Shown in pieces: positions 19,811 through 28,379 of a stretch of DNA of 35,465 bases. The stretch is from a virus. The DNA lies in the UHGV virus genome UHGV-1465456; one strand, 5' to 3'. Numbering within the stretch: position 1 is the stretch's first letter; every line of letters starts with the position of its first letter. The notes beneath the pieces were generated by a model. It searched no databases. It had not been told where the DNA came from and was given only the letters and a program-made list of their open reading frames with translations. The position numbers and the translations under genes were made by a program.

Positions 19811-19835
19811 AAATAAAAAACCCGCTCAAGGCGGG
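19811..19835 (-). terminator. rho-independent terminator between tRNA genes and holin
   Basis: Minus-strand hairpin CCCGCCTTGAGCGGG followed by TTTTTTATTT. Confidence 0.6.
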
Positions 19836-19891
19836 AATGTTAGGGTGTGGCAATGTCAGCTCTGCGGCTGAAGATACCCTGGCTGGGTTTT

Positions 19892-19967
19892 TGGTGCCGG
19901 TTAACGGATTTGAACCGCTACCTATTCACTTACAAGGCGACCGCTCTACCATTGGAGCTAAACCAGC
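19892..19967 (-). tRNA. tRNA, anticodon UGU by manual folding (Thr)
   Basis: Manual cloverleaf: 7-bp acceptor stem, 4-bp D stem with GG in loop, anticodon loop CUUGUAA, T loop TTCAAAT, encoded CCA. Confidence 0.65.
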
Positions 19968-19972
19968 ATGTT

Positions 19973-20047
19973 TGGCGGGACAGCGTGGACTCGAACCACG
20001 ATAAGAAGGTTAACAGCCTTCCGTAATGACCTTTATACGACTGACCC
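19973..20047 (-). tRNA. tRNA, anticodon GUU by manual folding (Asn); one acceptor-stem mismatch
   Basis: Manual cloverleaf: anticodon stem GAAGG/CCUUC, loop CUGUUAA, T arm CGTGG-TTCGAGT-CCACG, encoded CCA. Confidence 0.55.
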
Positions 20048-20050
20048 AAA

Positions 20051-20093
20051 TAAAAAAAGCCACCGTTGCAACTTAAGAGTCACTAACGGCAGC
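20051..20093 (-). terminator. terminator-like hairpin plus T7 run immediately downstream of Q (candidate tR-prime-like element)
   Basis: Minus strand GCUGCCGUU...AACGGUGGC stem followed by UUUUUUU. Confidence 0.4.
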
Positions 20094-20110
20094 TTACCCT
20101 CTAATTATGG

Positions 20111-20629
20111 CTAAATGGCTAATTGCATGTCAAGGTTTTTAACAGCAACATGCTTAACTTTCTCAACACGTTTACGCATTTTGAAAGCATTTTGCATTGG
20201 TTGGTACAAAACAAATAATGACGCTTTCAGGATATCGTCAATTTCGTTTCTACAGGTTGCCAGTGAAGGTTTTCTCCATCCCTCGCCACCGCGTCCACAC
20301 ATCTTGCGTGGCTTTGCAGTCGCGTGATAGTAGGATGCAATTGCTCGCTTAGATGAACCATGAGCGTAGTAGCTGAGGAGGATGCCAAAGGCTTTCTTGT
20401 CAATGTACATGACGGAATCAACGACCTGAGAAATCAACATTCCATCATCATCATTACACATTGGCCTTGTCATAATTCTTCCCGGCTCTACGCTCTCCAT
20501 GAACTTCGCTATTACGCTGCTCATGCGCTTTTCCAGACGACCTGAATAAACCCATGCGCCCCACAGTTCAAGCCAGCCATTCAGCCACTCGTGCTGCTCT
20601 TTGGTGAGGTTTAGTTCTCTTATGCTCAT
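20111..20629 (-). CDS. late-gene antitermination protein Q-like (172 aa)
   Basis: Position between nin region and lysis genes; recalled resemblance to Q-family proteins of enteric prophages (not lambda Q itself). Confidence 0.55.
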   Translation of the reverse strand: MSIRELNLTKEQHEWLNGWLELWGAWVYSGRLEKRMSSVIAKFMESVEPGRIMTRPMCNDDDGMLISQVVDSVMYIDKKAFGILLSYYAHGSSKRAIASYYHATAKPRKMCGRGGEGWRKPSLATCRNEIDDILKASLFVLYQPMQNAFKMRKRVEKVKHVAVKNLDMQLAI

Positions 20630-20814
20630 CGTCTTCCCCTCTTGCCTTGTTTGACCATCAGGACGCCGTTAACTATTACGTGACGCTCGCCTTTGCTGTC
20701 TCGGTTGTACTTGAGCACTGTTCCTCTTGCGCAGGAAAGCATCCTCGCCACTTCGGTCTGATTGCCTCGTGTCTGGATAAGAAGCTCTGGTATCGTTTGA
20801 ATTGTGGCGTTCAT
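20626..20814 (-). CDS. ninH: NinH-like protein
   Basis: Recalled similarity to lambda NinH (NQTEVAR...RHAIVNGVLMV). Confidence 0.7.
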   Translation of the reverse strand: MNATIQTIPELLIQTRGNQTEVARMLSCARGTVLKYNRDSKGERHVIVNGVLMVKQGKRGRR

Positions 20815-21173
20815 GCGTTCTCCAGTTCGGTGATTTTTATTCCAAGCCGTCCGCCTGGTACTTTCACACCACGAATTACGCGAATGTCATCGAATTGCTC
20901 GTCGTCTTCCGCAAATCCGGCGTGGATAAGGGAGTCGAGTAAACCTTTCAGGATGTTGTCGAGGTCGCGGCGGCGGGAATCTGGAACGTCTGCGATGACT
21001 TTGATACGGAGTCGTGATTTGGTGAAAATGTCTAACTTGAGTTGGCGAATGATTTGCTGAACGTCTTTTCGGTATTTCTGGCCTTTATCGCTGATGTAGT
21101 ATTGGCTTCCCCGTCTTCTCCAGTAGGTATTCAGCGACGGCGGGTATGGAAGCACAAACTGATATTCGTTCAT
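20811..21173 (-). CDS. rusA: Holliday junction resolvase RusA
   Basis: Recalled RusA motifs (PDxRRRDLDN, GGRL...ITE). Confidence 0.8.
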   Translation of the reverse strand: MNEYQFVLPYPPSLNTYWRRRGSQYYISDKGQKYRKDVQQIIRQLKLDIFTKSRLRIKVIADVPDSRRRDLDNILKGLLDSLIHAGFAEDDEQFDDIRVIRGVKVPGGRLGIKITELENA

Positions 21174-21460
21174 GGTTTAATCTTCCCCTCCTTCAGCAGT
21201 ATCGCCTGCGTCCTGATCACGCCTTCGAGGTGGTAAAGTCTGGCGTCTTTGTTGTCGAGGTTATGGGTGCGTCGGTCGATCTCCGCGTGGCAGTCGCTAC
21301 AAGCCCATGCGCCGATCAGGTCGTCAGGTTTCATTCCCGTTCCGCAAATTCCAGCCATCCGGTAATGTGCCAGAACTGTAGTTTCAGGATTGCCATTGCA
21401 TACGCCGTAAATACGTACCTGACATTCTCTGCCGCGTGCTTCTTTGCGTAGATTGGCCAT
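21170..21460 (-). CDS. YbcO-like protein (DUF1364), Cys-rich putative nuclease
   Basis: Recalled similarity to E. coli prophage YbcO (RGRECQVRI...GVCNGNPET). Confidence 0.65.
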   Translation of the reverse strand: MANLRKEARGRECQVRIYGVCNGNPETTVLAHYRMAGICGTGMKPDDLIGAWACSDCHAEIDRRTHNLDNKDARLYHLEGVIRTQAILLKEGKIKP

Positions 21461-22182
21461 TAAGCAGCCTCCCCTGTTACTTTCAGCATTCCGTTATCGA
21501 GCAGCTTTCTGGTCAGCCACTGTTGACCACGCCCGGTGATTTTTGTGGTGAACGATATCTGTATTCCGTGATTTGTGTTGACCGCTGTTTCTTTCACTGT
21601 GAAATAGCCGCGCTCCATATATTCCTGCATTGGCACATTGCGCCGGGAACCTGAAGCAATAAGGATTTTGTGATCGCGCATCCACGCAAACAGTTTGTTT
21701 GGACCAATACCAACAACCTTTGCAAAGTTTCCAATCAAAATTCCGCTGGCCTCGCCAACGCGATCGGCAAACTCAACTTTAGGTGCGGCAATTGCGAGCT
21801 GGTTTTCCAGTTGCATTTTCTGCTCAGCAAGATCAGCAGCAAGGCGCAACGCTTCTGGTAGCGTTTTGGGGATATTAACCGCAGCTTCTTCAAGCTCTCG
21901 CCAACGGTCAACAAGACGAGCGGTGAATTCCGGCGACAACTGAGCGACGACAATAATGCTGTCTCGCTTACCTTGTTCGCCCTCAAAAACGTAAGCCTCT
22001 ACGCCACGAAGTAATCCTAAGTTATTGATTTTTTCGAAAACCACCATTGGGGGATTTCGGATCACACCTCGAGCCGCCAGTCGTTCAATAGATTGTTTCA
22101 CCTTGTCATGACGACTTCCCACCAACTCAGCGATTTCAATGCTTGTCATTTTGATGGCATTGCCATTTATTAACTCATTCAT
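21460..22182 (-). CDS. Rha/KilAC-type antirepressor-like protein (Roi-like, 240 aa)
   Basis: N-terminal Rha-like segment and C-terminal KilA-C-like segment recalled from memory; nin-region position. Confidence 0.6.
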   Translation of the reverse strand: MNELINGNAIKMTSIEIAELVGSRHDKVKQSIERLAARGVIRNPPMVVFEKINNLGLLRGVEAYVFEGEQGKRDSIIVVAQLSPEFTARLVDRWRELEEAAVNIPKTLPEALRLAADLAEQKMQLENQLAIAAPKVEFADRVGEASGILIGNFAKVVGIGPNKLFAWMRDHKILIASGSRRNVPMQEYMERGYFTVKETAVNTNHGIQISFTTKITGRGQQWLTRKLLDNGMLKVTGEAA

Positions 22183-22351
22183 CGTCTTCTTCCTCGTACA
22201 TTGAGCTATTCGGATCGCTCATCAGCTCTGCGCAGCAATCGGAGCACACGTGAACTTCCAGCACATGCAGCTTCTGACCGCAGTTAGCGCACGTTAAAGC
22301 CCGCTCGACGCTTTCTTTCTGGTATTGAAGGGATTGGGATGGGCTAAGCAT
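22175..22351 (-). CDS. small zinc-finger protein (58 aa), NinD-like position
   Basis: ORF with CxxC...CxxC pattern; ATGA overlap with antirepressor start; below the 60-aa track cutoff, found by manual translation. Confidence 0.45.
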   Translation of the reverse strand: MLSPSQSLQYQKESVERALTCANCGQKLHVLEVHVCSDCCAELMSDPNSSMYEEEDDE

Positions 22352-22796
22352 TATTGGCGTCCTGCATCATGAGAAAGACAATCATGGCGGCGCGGAGTGG
22401 ATTAGACTGATACTGAATTCCGAACTTTTGACAAGATGAAATCGCATCACACCACTCGTGATATTCGCCTTCATATCTCGTATCGGTACTATCAAACATT
22501 ATGCTGATTTTGTTTTCAGTGATAATTGGCCACGCATATTCAGGATTATTGCAAGGATTGAAGCAATTTCCGTTTGAAGAACGGAAGCCATTAATATCCC
22601 TTTTTTGCGTCTGCCAAATAGGACCTCTTTCGTCAGTGGGGATCTCAGAATCGAAATCTGCTTCGTCATCAGGTATGAAGAAATGCTCCTCCATATCTAA
22701 AGCCTCACATACTCGCTTGTTAATTTCAAAATCACTTAACTGTGAATAATCCATTGTCATTTCCTCGCACGATGCCTTAGCCACCGGATATCCCAC
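22344..22796 (-). CDS. DUF2591-like phage protein (start may be internal MDYSQLS)
   Basis: Recalled family resemblance; nin-region position. Confidence 0.5.
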   Translation of the reverse strand: MGYPVAKASCEEMTMDYSQLSDFEINKRVCEALDMEEHFFIPDDEADFDSEIPTDERGPIWQTQKRDINGFRSSNGNCFNPCNNPEYAWPIITENKISIMFDSTDTRYEGEYHEWCDAISSCQKFGIQYQSNPLRAAMIVFLMMQDANNA

Positions 22797-22933
22797 AGGT
22801 GAGCCGTGTAGTTGAAGGTTTTTACGTCAGATTCTTTTGGGATTGGCTTGCGTTTATTTCTGGAGCGTTTCGTTGGAAGGTATTTGCAGTTTTCGCAGAT
22901 TATGTCGGTGATACTTCGTCGCTGTCGTCTCAT
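22757..22933 (-). CDS. small basic Cys-containing protein, unknown (start likely at MRRQRRS)
   Basis: ORF between NinB and the DUF2591-like gene; very basic. Confidence 0.3.
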   Translation of the reverse strand: MRRQRRSITDIICENCKYLPTKRSRNKRKPIPKESDVKTFNYTAHLWDIRWLRHRARK

Positions 22934-23352
22934 TCGTACCTCCTGTCGGTAAATCTGACACCCTGACCAATAGCCCATGCTGTTGTGTACTCGATCAGAC
23001 TTGCCATACGCTTCACGCTCATCTGCGCGCTGCTTTCGCGAATGTTGACGTATTCGCCTTCAAGGCCGGGCAAAACATCAGCTTCCTGCTTTGTTGCCAC
23101 TGCATGACCGCTTATCAACAAAACCTTCCATTGTTCTGGTTTTAACCATTTGCCGCACCATTGAACCTGACTTGCGATATCCGCCAGCATCGCGTGAAAT
23201 TTTGCGTTCTGGTCAAGGTTGCGCTTGTAGTCAGTAATGCGGATGGTAACTGGCTTGTCTTTATCGAGTGGTGTTGCGAGGATGGCGGTGATTGCGGTTT
23301 GCTGTTGTTGCTTACTCCTGAGGAAAATTGTCTGTTTCATGGAATTCCTCAA
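22930..23352 (-). CDS. ninB: recombination protein NinB (Orf)
   Basis: Recalled similarity to lambda NinB (RNLDQN motif region). Confidence 0.75.
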   Translation of the reverse strand: MRNSMKQTIFLRSKQQQQTAITAILATPLDKDKPVTIRITDYKRNLDQNAKFHAMLADIASQVQWCGKWLKPEQWKVLLISGHAVATKQEADVLPGLEGEYVNIRESSAQMSVKRMASLIEYTTAWAIGQGVRFTDRRYE

Positions 23353-23561
23353 TATGTGTAAAGGCTATATCCGTTTTTATTTGTCCTGGTGCCATAGCCA
23401 TATAGGCTCCAGTCATCCTGTTTTCTCTCACCAAAAATATGCTTGCGGTATTCTTCCTGCTGGCGTCTCCATATTTCCATCATGTCTGGCTGGTTCTTTT
23501 CTCGCATTTTTCGAATCTGCTCAAGGATGAACTCTATTTGCTGCTGATTTGTCATGCTCAC
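23349..23561 (-). CDS. small protein (70 aa), unknown
   Basis: ORF with ATGA overlap to NinB start. Confidence 0.35.
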   Translation of the reverse strand: MSMTNQQQIEFILEQIRKMREKNQPDMMEIWRRQQEEYRKHIFGERKQDDWSLYGYGTRTNKNGYSLYTY

Positions 23562-23565
23562 TCCT

Positions 23566-23781
23566 TTACTTTAAATCCAGACTCCGAATAATTCTGTTGC
23601 GCTGAAACTCATTGTTGAGTTTGGACAACCGTCGAAGAACACGGTCACGCGGATAGCGTCGTGCAGCAGGTGAATGCTCATACAACTCATCAATCGGCAA
23701 ACTGGACGATGAACGATACCGATACCAACGCACCAACTCTTCACGAAAATTAGCCCTGACAAGCTCAGCTATCGTACTCAT
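23566..23781 (-). CDS. small basic protein (71 aa), unknown
   Basis: ORF just downstream of a terminator hairpin. Confidence 0.35.
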   Translation of the reverse strand: MSTIAELVRANFREELVRWYRYRSSSSLPIDELYEHSPAARRYPRDRVLRRLSKLNNEFQRNRIIRSLDLK

Positions 23782-23810
23782 TTCTTAAAGCCTCCAATTC
23801 CCTCTCCCCC

Positions 23811-23842
23811 AAATAAAAAGGCCTGCGATTACCAGCAGGCCT
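23811..23842 (-). terminator. rho-independent terminator in nin region (tR2-like position)
   Basis: Minus-strand 8-bp stem AGGCCTGC/GCAGGCCT followed by TTTTTATTT. Confidence 0.6.
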
Positions 23843-23867
23843 GTTATTAGCTCAGTGATGTAGATGG

Positions 23868-24158
23868 TCATTGCCTTACCTCCATAAGCGCCCTATTAAT
23901 AAACGCCGTCATTGGATTTGCACATCCCCACCCCGTACCATCTGGATTTCTTTTAATTGGCTCCTTCTTCACTTTGCGTTTTGCATAAATAACCGTCTTC
24001 CACTTACGCTCAACAACACTCAAATGTCCTTGTTTCACCATATGCCTTGCTGCTTGAGCGATTCTGTTATTTGGTATTCCGGTGATCAGTGCTAATTCAT
24101 GTGGGGAGAATTGTTCATGAGTTTTCAGATATTCCAGGATGATTTCTTTTCCAGTCAC
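23868..24158 (-). CDS. small winged-helix-like protein (96 aa), unknown
   Basis: ORF with ATGA overlap to DnaC-like gene end. Confidence 0.45.
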   Translation of the reverse strand: MTGKEIILEYLKTHEQFSPHELALITGIPNNRIAQAARHMVKQGHLSVVERKWKTVIYAKRKVKKEPIKRNPDGTGWGCANPMTAFINRALMEVRQ

Positions 24159-25066
24159 GATCTGCTCCTGTAACTATCCCATGTAAACGCAAGAGTGCAC
24201 CCTCCGCCATCATTCATCCTGTCAATAACACGCTCACCAATGAATGCCGAAAGTTCATCTTTGCTCTGATTACTAATCAGGATTGTTGGCTTCATGTATT
24301 CATATCTGGTGTTGATAATTTCGAACATGATTAGCTTTTCAGCATCACTGCCGAACTGCACGCCAACCTCATCGATTATTAACAAGTCAGGATGCGTAAA
24401 TTGCCTAATGACTTCTTCTTCAGTTCTGGTTGCGGCCTTAGACCATGTTGATTTGTACTCTCTGGCAATTTTCAACGCAGTGGTAAATATCACAGAGCTT
24501 TGATGCTCGATAATGGCGTGCCTAGCGATAGCCAGTGCAAGGTGGTTCTTTCCAGTTCCAGGCTTACCACACATGACCAGTCCGCCACCTTTTTGAAGGC
24601 GTTCAGGCCACTTACTGGCATATGCCTGGCATACCTTAAGAACTCGCTTTGCATCATCGTTAACAGGCTCATAATTCTGAAGAGTGCAATTTTTGAACCT
24701 CTCTGGAATATTGAGAGAATTCAACAAATATTCAATTTTTGATTGTCTTGCTCTTTGTTCTGCCTGCTCACGTTCAATCTCTTTCTTACGAATTTTCTCC
24801 TCAAGGCACTGTGGGCACTCAGATTTACTTGAAGTAATTCTTTTTCCTGAGATGGTCAGATATTTCTCATAGGAAGTATATTTACCGTGTTTCTCGCACT
24901 CTTCCACTGTGCTGGTAACTGACATTCCATCTGATACTGATCCAATTTTGCTAAACTCAAGTTTCTGTTTCAGATCAGAAATGTCATTGATTTTTGAGTC
25001 TACAAGTTGCCTTTGCAGTGCCAGATTGTAACCATTTGTCGTATTCATATTCACTCCTGCGCCCAT
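24155..25066 (-). CDS. DnaC-like replicative helicase loader (AAA+ ATPase with N-terminal Cys cluster)
   Basis: Walker A CGKPGTGKNHL, Walker B LLIIDEVG; position downstream of O. Confidence 0.8.
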   Translation of the reverse strand: MGAGVNMNTTNGYNLALQRQLVDSKINDISDLKQKLEFSKIGSVSDGMSVTSTVEECEKHGKYTSYEKYLTISGKRITSSKSECPQCLEEKIRKKEIEREQAEQRARQSKIEYLLNSLNIPERFKNCTLQNYEPVNDDAKRVLKVCQAYASKWPERLQKGGGLVMCGKPGTGKNHLALAIARHAIIEHQSSVIFTTALKIAREYKSTWSKAATRTEEEVIRQFTHPDLLIIDEVGVQFGSDAEKLIMFEIINTRYEYMKPTILISNQSKDELSAFIGERVIDRMNDGGGCTLAFTWDSYRSRS

Positions 25067-25920
25067 GAAGGCATTTCAGTTTGCCCGTAATCTTTGGCGG
25101 CAAAGTTTTCCTGCATAGCTCGCTGCTGCGGCCTCGGTTGAGATTTCCCCTTTGGAGTCTTGGGTTCAAAAATCCCCTGCCAACCACTGGCGATGCTCTG
25201 GTTTATAATTTCTTCAGGTGTATATCCCTTCTCCAGACTTCTGCTTAGAACGTTGATAGCCTGAGTGACGCTTTGCTTAGACTTGATCGACTTACCTATC
25301 TCCTTGCGATAGGTAACCCACGACAACCATGTTTCTGCCGATAACCAATCAGGCAACTCTGTTTCTAGCGGGTCGAACTTCTGAGAAATTTTTTTGGGGG
25401 ATATAGGGGGTTTATTAATATTTTCTTTTGTCTTTAAAGAATGTCTTTTGTGTGTCTCTAACTTCGAGACATTGAGTGTCTCTAACTTCGAGACATTGAG
25501 TGTCTCTAATTTGGAGACATTTTTTGTCTCTAACTTCGAGACAAAGTTGCTAACTTGGAGACACTTGCTGAATTGCCACGCAGATACCTCCCTGTTTACA
25601 CCGATTTGATTTCCATCCATAAACAGGCAATTCATTGAAATCAGTTCTTTTTTAGCCTTGTTAACATTCTGCCTTGATAGTCCTGTTAACTGAGCAATTT
25701 GCTCATCGGCTATTCGATCTGTTTTCTTATTGAATCCATATGTTTTCCGGACGTAGGCCAGCATAACTTTCAACTGGCGAGCGGTTAAATCGGCACTTGC
25801 GATAGCTTCCAGCAGCTCGTTAGCGAATCTGGTGTAACCATCATCGATATCAGCCACTCTTAGCTCCTGTTCGGCAAAGTTACCTCTGCCGAAGTTGAGT
25901 ATTTTTGCTGTATTTGTCAT
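25051..25920 (-). CDS. O: replication initiator protein O-like, with ori iterons inside the gene
   Basis: Peptide repeats VSKLETxNVSKLET encoded by iterons; lambdoid position after cII. Confidence 0.75.
   Translation of the reverse strand: MTNTAKILNFGRGNFAEQELRVADIDDGYTRFANELLEAIASADLTARQLKVMLAYVRKTYGFNKKTDRIADEQIAQLTGLSRQNVNKAKKELISMNCLFMDGNQIGVNREVSAWQFSKCLQVSNFVSKLETKNVSKLETLNVSKLETLNVSKLETHKRHSLKTKENINKPPISPKKISQKFDPLETELPDWLSAETWLSWVTYRKEIGKSIKSKQSVTQAINVLSRSLEKGYTPEEIINQSIASGWQGIFEPKTPKGKSQPRPQQRAMQENFAAKDYGQTEMPSWAQE
25430..25570. repeat. replication origin iterons (four to five copies of GTCTCTAACTTCGAGACA-like units) with adjacent AT-rich region 25385..25430
   Basis: Direct repeats read in sequence; each unit is itself an inverted repeat. 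Confidence 0.75.
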
Positions 25921-25952
25921 AATGACTCCTGTGGATTGATCCAGTAATTACC

Positions 25953-26252
25953 TCAGAATTCCATCTGGATTTGTTCAGAACGCTCGGTTGCCGCCGGGCG
26001 TTTTTTATTGGTGAGAATCGAAGCAACTTGTCGTGCCAATCGAGCCATATCGTCGTCAACGACGCCCCATTCAAGAACAGCAAGCAGCATTGCCATCTTC
26101 GGCAGCCACGTTTCTTTCCAGCGGGTTATCTGTGCCTTATCAACGCCGATCTCTTTAGCTACGTTGTTGCCACCTTTCATAGCGATACGGTTAAGCAACC
26201 AGGACTCAATGCGACGGGCATTGACCTTGTTGCGGTTAATTGAGTTTTCCAT
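25953..26252 (-). CDS. cII: transcriptional activator CII
   Basis: Near-identity to recalled lambda CII C-terminal region (LLAVLEWGVVDDDMARLARQVA...KKRPAATERSEQIQMEF). Confidence 0.85.
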   Translation of the reverse strand: MENSINRNKVNARRIESWLLNRIAMKGGNNVAKEIGVDKAQITRWKETWLPKMAMLLAVLEWGVVDDDMARLARQVASILTNKKRPAATERSEQIQMEF

Positions 26253-26334
26253 TTGTTAAATTCCTAGAGTGTTAAATAGTTAAATAGGCCAATGTGCAGA
26301 CACGCATAGCCTTTAAGACTTGTTGTTTTGAATC

Positions 26335-26367
26335 GCCCTTTTTCAGGGCTTAGATGTGATAAGAGCG
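26335..26367 (-). promoter_or_regulatory. nutR: boxA CGCTCTTA and boxB hairpin GCCCTGAAAAAGGGC on minus strand
   Basis: Exact lambda-like boxB and boxA read as reverse complement immediately downstream of cro. Confidence 0.75.
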
Positions 26368-26375
26368 GGTGTTAC

Positions 26376-26591
26376 TTAGGCTGCGCTGGTAGTTGGTGGG
26401 AAAACGTCATCAAGGGAGCAATTGCAACCGAGACGGTTCAGGCCCTCGACAATAAGGCGACTTTCCGGCAGACCAGGGGTGCGGATATCAAGCTCATAAT
26501 TGGCAATTCGCGACTGCCCCCAGCCTATGGCAGAAGCCAGAGCGGCTTGCGAAATCCCAATTTTTTTTCGCTGCTCTGCAATGTTGTTCAT
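26376..26591 (-). CDS. cro: Cro-like HTH repressor (71 aa)
   Basis: Small HTH protein (GISQAALASAIGWGQSRI) divergent from cI across an operator region. Confidence 0.7.
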   Translation of the reverse strand: MNNIAEQRKKIGISQAALASAIGWGQSRIANYELDIRTPGLPESRLIVEGLNRLGCNCSLDDVFPPTTSAA

Positions 26592-26599
26592 ATCAACCT

Positions 26600-26690
26600 C
26601 CAGTGGTTAGATGAATTAATTATTCACGATATGTGATTAACTGTCAACACCATATTGTGTAGATACCACAATCACATGGCGTGATATTAT
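26600..26690. promoter_or_regulatory. oR/pR/pRM region with three operator-like inverted repeats (TCAC-N5-GTGA type)
   Basis: TCACGATATGTGA 26624-26636, ACACCATATTGTGT 26647-26660, ATCACATGGCGTGAT 26671-26685 between divergent cro and cI. Confidence 0.6.
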
Positions 26691-26696
26691 TGAGGC

Positions 26697-27344
26697 ATGA
26701 AAACTATGCATGAAATTATCGGCGAGAGGATAAAGTCCCTTCGCGAAGCTAAAGGACTCAGCCAAGCAAAGTTAGCCAACCTTTGCGGCTGGGGTGCGCC
26801 TTCACGACTGGGGAATTATGAGCTTGGCACGCGAAAAGTTAGCGCTGATGATGCGTTAACGCTTGCTGAGGTTCTTAAGGTGTCTCCTTCGCTTATTCTT
26901 TTTGGCGAAGACAATGGGCCAGTATTCCAGAAATTTGAGTACCCGGTTTTCTCGCATGTACAAGCTGGTATGTTCTCACCTGAATTTCGCACATTCACCG
27001 AACGTGATGCAGAGAGATGGGTAAGCACGACAAAGAAAGCCAGCGACAATGCATTCTGGCTTGAGGTTGAAGGCCATTCCATGACGGCTCCTGCTGGTTC
27101 AAAGCCTAGCTTCCCTGAAGGAATGCTAATTCTTGTAGATCCAGATGAACCGGTTGACCCTGGTGATTTCTGTATCGCCAGATTAGGTGGCGATGAATTC
27201 ACGTTTAAGAAACTGATCAAGGACAGCGGGCAGATATTTCTCCAGCCATTGAATCCTCAATTCCCCATGATGCCGTGTAATGAGCACTGTCGGGTTGTTG
27301 GTAAGGTTGTTGCGTCACAGTGGCCTGAAGAGACGTTTGGGTGA
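26697..27344 (+). CDS. cI: CI repressor: non-lambda HTH N-terminus with lambda-like LexA/S24-type C-terminal domain (start may be second ATG at 26706)
   Basis: C-terminal half nearly identical to recalled lambda CI ([13 protein letters not shown]...[16 protein letters not shown]...[15 protein letters not shown]). Confidence 0.85.
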   Translation: MKTMHEIIGERIKSLREAKGLSQAKLANLCGWGAPSRLGNYELGTRKVSADDALTLAEVLKVSPSLILFGEDNGPVFQKFEYPVFSHVQAGMFSPEFRTFTERDAERWVSTTKKASDNAFWLEVEGHSMTAPAGSKPSFPEGMLILVDPDEPVDPGDFCIARLGGDEFTFKKLIKDSGQIFLQPLNPQFPMMPCNEHCRVVGKVVASQWPEETFG

Positions 27345-27437
27345 TAAGAGAATATCTGATAGTAGGCGTGGTTACTTTGCTCTCGGTTGTTGCGATCGTG
27401 CTTATGGTGGCCTGATGAGACGTTTGGGTGATGAGAG
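27321..27437. repeat. 30-bp direct repeat (2 mismatches) duplicating the 3-prime end of cI, copies at 27321-27350 and 27408-27437
   Basis: TGGCCTGA[A/T]GAGACGTTTGGGTGAT[A/G]AGAG read twice, first copy containing the cI stop codon. Confidence 0.7.
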
Positions 27438-27507
27438 GTCAAGCTCTAATGGCTTGCGATAATCAACGGACAATTTTTCTAATTTATATTAAAATAAGGG
27501 ATGTTCA

Positions 27508-28350
27508 ATGAGTAAGTTTGGGTGTGATATGAGTAGGCAAATTACCGTTTTCGATGACGCATCACAGTTAACATTTGATGATTTCGCCAGGGAGAATGGT
27601 GTTACCTATTGGTTCGCATCTGATCTGGCGATGATGCTTGGGTATAATGGTATGGACCAGATACTAAAAGCCATCAACAAGGCAACGTCTGTATGCGTTA
27701 ACCTTGATATCCCCGTCTACGACAACTTCATTCAGATGCCTTCTGAGAATGCGCAAAATGACTTTAAATTAACTCGATTTGCTTGCTATTTAACTGTAAT
27801 GAATGGCGATATTAGCAATCAGAAAGTTGCAAATGCTCAGGCATACTTTGCTGGTCTGGCAGCAGAAATTCAAGCGGCGTATCATAACCATGATGCAGTT
27901 AACCGAGTTTATTTGCGTGGTGAAATCACTTCAAGAGAAAAGACTCTTAGCCACGTGGCACATAAGCATGGCGTAGTAGACTATGGTCTTTTTCAAAATG
28001 CAGGATATCGCGGGATGTACAACATGAATCTCACGCAATTGAAAGCCCGCAAAGGACTAACTAAAAAAGATGGAACAATGCTTGATTTTATGGGCAGCGA
28101 AGAACTTGCTGCTAACATTTTCCGAATAACACAAACAGAAGCAAGAATAAGAAACCAGAATCTTAAGGGGCAGGTGCAACTTGAAAATGCCGCTGAAACA
28201 GTTGGAAGATCTGTTAGAAATGTAATGATTGCCAACACAGGAACGGCACCTGAGAGTATTAAGTTGTCTCAAGATAAAATTCAAAAAGTTAGAAGCAGTA
28301 TCAAGAAAACACACAAAGCACTAGTAAAGCACGATAAGAAGAAGCCTTAA
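27508..28350 (+). CDS. DinD-like protein (DNA-damage-inducible protein D family, Bro-N-like N-terminus), 280 aa, in the rexAB-equivalent slot
   Basis: Recalled similarity to E. coli DinD (RFACYLTVMNGD; FMGSEELAANIFRITQTEARIRN); RBS AAGGGA; same strand as cI. Confidence 0.6.
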   Translation: MSKFGCDMSRQITVFDDASQLTFDDFARENGVTYWFASDLAMMLGYNGMDQILKAINKATSVCVNLDIPVYDNFIQMPSENAQNDFKLTRFACYLTVMNGDISNQKVANAQAYFAGLAAEIQAAYHNHDAVNRVYLRGEITSREKTLSHVAHKHGVVDYGLFQNAGYRGMYNMNLTQLKARKGLTKKDGTMLDFMGSEELAANIFRITQTEARIRNQNLKGQVQLENAAETVGRSVRNVMIANTGTAPESIKLSQDKIQKVRSSIKKTHKALVKHDKKKP

Positions 28351-28356
28351 TAGTGA

Positions 28357-28379
28357 CCCGGCCATCGCGCCGGGTTTTT
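28357..28379 (+). terminator. rho-independent terminator ending the cI/DinD-like transcription unit
   Basis: Hairpin CCCGGC-CATCGC-GCCGGG followed by TTTTT. Confidence 0.7.

Noticed and set aside
20647-21060. 137-aa plus-strand ORF opposite NinH/RusA
   Set aside because: Antisense to two well-supported minus-strand genes; Ser/Arg-rich low-complexity translation.
25430-25570. Possible CRISPR array suggested by short tandem repeats
   Set aside because: Repeats are about 20 bp with almost no spacers, lie inside the O gene and encode peptide repeats; this is the replication origin, and no cas genes are present.
27257-27462. Overlapping 60-61-aa ORFs on both strands in the cI-DinD intergenic region
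   Set aside because: Both simply translate the duplicated cI 3-prime-end repeat; no RBS.
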